NCBI GenBank assembly: GCA_036388395.1
Contig: DASVRY010000468.1
Coordinates: 1-27,119, forward strand
Origin: Chthoniobacteraceae bacterium
Lineage (GTDB): Bacteria; Verrucomicrobiota; Verrucomicrobiia; Chthoniobacterales; Chthoniobacteraceae
DNA: 27,119 bases
Direction: 5' to 3'
Part shown: piece after piece, positions 24,775 through 27,119 of the stretch
Layout: each line of letters starts with the position of its first letter
How positions within the stretch are numbered: the first letter of the stretch is position 1
Translations under genes and position numbers: made by a program
The notes under the pieces: model-generated
What the model was told of the DNA's origin: nothing
Databases searched by the model: none
What the model saw: only the letters and a program-made list of their open reading frames with translations

Positions 24775-25260
24775 CTACCGATCCTCGCTGAGATACTCCA
24801 TCTCCGCCTTCTTCGGCCCGAGCTCGGCGCGTTGGAGAGGCACATTGAGCACCTGTTGGTCGTGCTGGAGCACTACGGCGCCGTCAGAAATCCGCATCAC
24901 TCGAACCCGCAGGTTCGCTGTAGTCTTCGGCATGCGCACGAACTCCCCTTCGCTGTAGGCGCGGCCATTGATTACGGCCAGCGCGGGGCTACCGAGGAGG
25001 ATGCTGGTTAATTTGAAGCTCTTCTGATCGAGCACCGGCGCAGCGACGACAGTCTCGCCAACCTTGGCGACGGGAGCTGCGCCTTTTGTCCATCCGATCG
25101 GTAAAAACGGTGCCCGCGTGCCCATCGGCAGATGAACCACGGAGCGCTTTTTCAAGACGTACTTCCCTGCAGGAGCAGCCGGTTTCGTGGAATCCTCTGC
25201 ACGGACCGGGACGCCCAGCGCAGCCGCGGCTACGGCGATGAAAATCAGTTTTGAGATCAT
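24775..25260 (-). CDS. Pilus/secretion assembly accessory protein in the PilP position (GspC/MshK-like C-terminal domain)
   Basis: Signal peptide ending VRA-ED; PFLPIGW; C-terminal LTSILLGSPALAVINGRAYSEGE...VMRISDGAVVL; ATGA overlap with the pilO-like gene. Confidence 0.65.
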   Translation of the reverse strand: MISKLIFIAVAAAALGVPVRAEDSTKPAAPAGKYVLKKRSVVHLPMGTRAPFLPIGWTKGAAPVAKVGETVVAAPVLDQKSFKLTSILLGSPALAVINGRAYSEGEFVRMPKTTANLRVRVMRISDGAVVLQHDQQVLNVPLQRAELGPKKAEMEYLSEDR

Positions 25261-25808
25261 TGCTTGACGATGTTTGTAACCGTGAGGAGCACGCGCTGTT
25301 GCTCGACCTGCTCAGCCGCGGGATCGATCTTGATGCTGGTGATCTGCACGAGCGGTTCCTCATTTTCCAACTCCGCGAGCGAGTTCGCCAGGGCGATGAA
25401 ATCCACCGAGGGGAGGTCTACGCCCCAAGTTAGACGGCGAAAGCCGGGCAGATCTTTTTCGGCGGCTTCGCTGTTCATCCTTGTCGCGGCACGATCCACG
25501 CCCCGCGCTTTAAAGAAATCGGCAATCCGCGGCGGAAACCACGCGACAGGAGAACCTTCCGGGATCATAGCGCTCACCTGCTCGACCGTGGCTCGTGCAA
25601 CAGGCGCATTCGCCTCCACGGCTCGCGCGCGGTTGATCTCCGCCTTGGCTCTAGCAATCTCCGGATCGACTTCCGTGATGCTCTTTTCGGTAGCCAACTG
25701 CGCTCGCTTGAGCGGCCCAAGGAGCAGATCGAAATAGGCGTAGAGCAATCCGATGAGGAGCAGAACTCCCAGGAACAACTTTTGGATCTCGTCTTTTCCG
25801 TATTTCAT
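25257..25808 (-). CDS. pilO: PilO-like pilus assembly protein
   Basis: N-terminal TM, coiled coil, ferredoxin-like domain (DFIALANSLAELENEEPLVQITSIKI); located after the pilN-like gene with a TAATG overlap. Confidence 0.72.
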   Translation of the reverse strand: MKYGKDEIQKLFLGVLLLIGLLYAYFDLLLGPLKRAQLATEKSITEVDPEIARAKAEINRARAVEANAPVARATVEQVSAMIPEGSPVAWFPPRIADFFKARGVDRAATRMNSEAAEKDLPGFRRLTWGVDLPSVDFIALANSLAELENEEPLVQITSIKIDPAAEQVEQQRVLLTVTNIVKQ

Positions 25809-26455
25809 TACTTTTTCGGTTGGCGAGGCGCCGGAGCGGCCTCGGGGATTTCCCCGGAGGAAAGCTGCACATTGATGGCAAACGTCGCAGTTGGCTGATC
25901 CTGCCCGTTCAGCTTCACCGTTTCCTTGCCGTCTTCGAGAGAGCGGAACGTCGAACTCACGTCCTTGTAGTTCTTCGCGAATTCATCGGCGATCGAAGTC
26001 CGCAGATCTTCCGCGACCTTGCGGGGATCTGCGCCGGCCGAAATACCGTCCAGCGTGAGCGTGCATTTCTTCAGAGTGTCGCCCTGCACGTCACCCGAGA
26101 ACCGTGTAATCTGCACTTCGCGCGGCACCACCTTGACGATCTGCTCCAGGACTGGTGCCCAGTAGAAGCGATCTTCAATGCGCCGCACCAAGGTGTCGCT
26201 GAGCTTGATCGTCGAGGAGAGTTCCTCTTCCCGATTGCGCGCTGCCTTGGCCTGTGGCTCGACGGCTTCAAACTCCGCCTTCTTCCGAGCCAGCTCGCTC
26301 GAGAGATTCGACATCGTATTCAACTGCATCGCGTAGTAGCTCGCGAGCCCTGCGGCGACGGCCGCGAGGGCGAAGAGCGAGAGCTTCAACGGATCGCGGC
26401 GCTTGGCCTGCCGAAGCCGCGACGTTTCGTGGTAAAGATTTAGGTGAAGAGCCAT
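25808..26455 (-). CDS. pilN: PilN-like pilus assembly protein
   Basis: N-terminal LNL motif (MALHLNLY), TM helix, coiled coil, YWAPVLEQIVKVVPREVQIT...TLTLDGIS. Confidence 0.78.
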   Translation of the reverse strand: MALHLNLYHETSRLRQAKRRDPLKLSLFALAAVAAGLASYYAMQLNTMSNLSSELARKKAEFEAVEPQAKAARNREEELSSTIKLSDTLVRRIEDRFYWAPVLEQIVKVVPREVQITRFSGDVQGDTLKKCTLTLDGISAGADPRKVAEDLRTSIADEFAKNYKDVSSTFRSLEDGKETVKLNGQDQPTATFAINVQLSSGEIPEAAPAPRQPKK

Positions 26456-26462
26456 GGAACTA

Positions 26463-27119
26463 CTATTGGGCGGTCAAAAGTTCCGCAGCCGCTCCGCACG
26501 CGACGGTGAGATTAGCGGCTTCCGCGAGGAGCTGGTCTCGCTTGTTGGGCGCGAGCACGTTCTCGCAATTCTCCAGCGCGTTCCAGGCTTCGCAAGGCAT
26601 GTGTAATTCCTCGCTCATCACCTTCAGCACCGTCCGCGACTTGGCCGGCCCGCCCGAGAGAAAGACGCGACCGATCGTCTCCTCGCGTCGCCCTTCAAAA
26701 AATCCAATGGAGCTGCCGATTTCGCGAGTGATGAGCATCAGGGCCATCCGGGCATTTTCCACCATGATCTCATCCTCCTCCTCGAGGGCGGCGATCACCG
26801 ATTCCTGTGTCTCGCCGCTCAACGCCATTAGCGTTTCGATGAGCACCCGGCCGCCGAAATCGATCGAGCGGACCAGCACCAGCTCCCGCTTCGCACCGAT
26901 CATCATCGTCGAGCTGGTGTGCCCGATATCGACGAGGAAGAAGGCGCCTTCATTGAAGATCTCAGGGTGCGCGAATTCAAAGGCGTTGAAGGTGCAGATC
27001 GGCGCGAGCTGCAGCGAGCCGACACTCGCACTGACCTTATCCAACGCTTCGGTGACCTGGGTAATGTGGGTGCGCGGCAGTCCACCTACGAGATATCTGT
27101 GCTGTACCGTATGCCCGGG
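26463..27119 (-). CDS. pilM: PilM-like actin-fold pilus assembly protein, C-terminal part; truncated by the right window edge
   Basis: Frame is open to the edge; FFLVDIGHTSSTM, LVRSIDFGGRVL, REIGSSIGFFE, RVFLSGG, VACGAA. Confidence 0.88.
   Translation of the reverse strand, partial: PGHTVQHRYLVGGLPRTHITQVTEALDKVSASVGSLQLAPICTFNAFEFAHPEIFNEGAFFLVDIGHTSSTMMIGAKRELVLVRSIDFGGRVLIETLMALSGETQESVIAALEEEDEIMVENARMALMLITREIGSSIGFFEGRREETIGRVFLSGGPAKSRTVLKVMSEELHMPCEAWNALENCENVLAPNKRDQLLAEAANLTVACGAAAELLTAQ

Overview
GC-rich bacterial chromosomal segment, probably Verrucomicrobiota/PVC (inferred from the PVC-type heme-binding protein and the pil-type envelope genes). It is not a prophage, CRISPR locus or obvious integrated island. 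From left to right it carries: the 5' part of a secretin gene (minus strand, runs off the left edge, missed by the ORF track); an orphan TonB C-terminal fragment; trpF, an Anbu-type protease and a holin-family gene; an amidase, a TIGR01777 epimerase and a HAD hydrolase; a vapBC-like pair whose toxin is frameshifted; cvfB, a YkgJ-type Cys-cluster protein, a putative lipoprotein and tRNA-Ser(GCT). Next comes a tightly coupled three-gene redox operon (tandem cNMP-binding domains fused to a four-[4Fe-4S] module, a membrane protein with two H-X13-H pairs, and a membrane-anchored decaheme cytochrome c), divergent from a tetraheme c554-like gene. After that are a cupin/PMI-like protein, a roughly 1000-aa PVC-type heme-c protein, several unannotated small proteins, an Lrp regulator with an aminotransferase and a nucleotidyltransferase, and a pilM-N-O-P-like operon that runs off the right edge. 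Two families of REP/MITE-like palindromic repeats occur in intergenic spaces. The best candidate for an undescribed system is the apparently cyclic-nucleotide-responsive transmembrane electron conduit at 9443-15413, which has no catalytic subunit in the locus. All calls come from manual translation and motif reading; no database searches were run.
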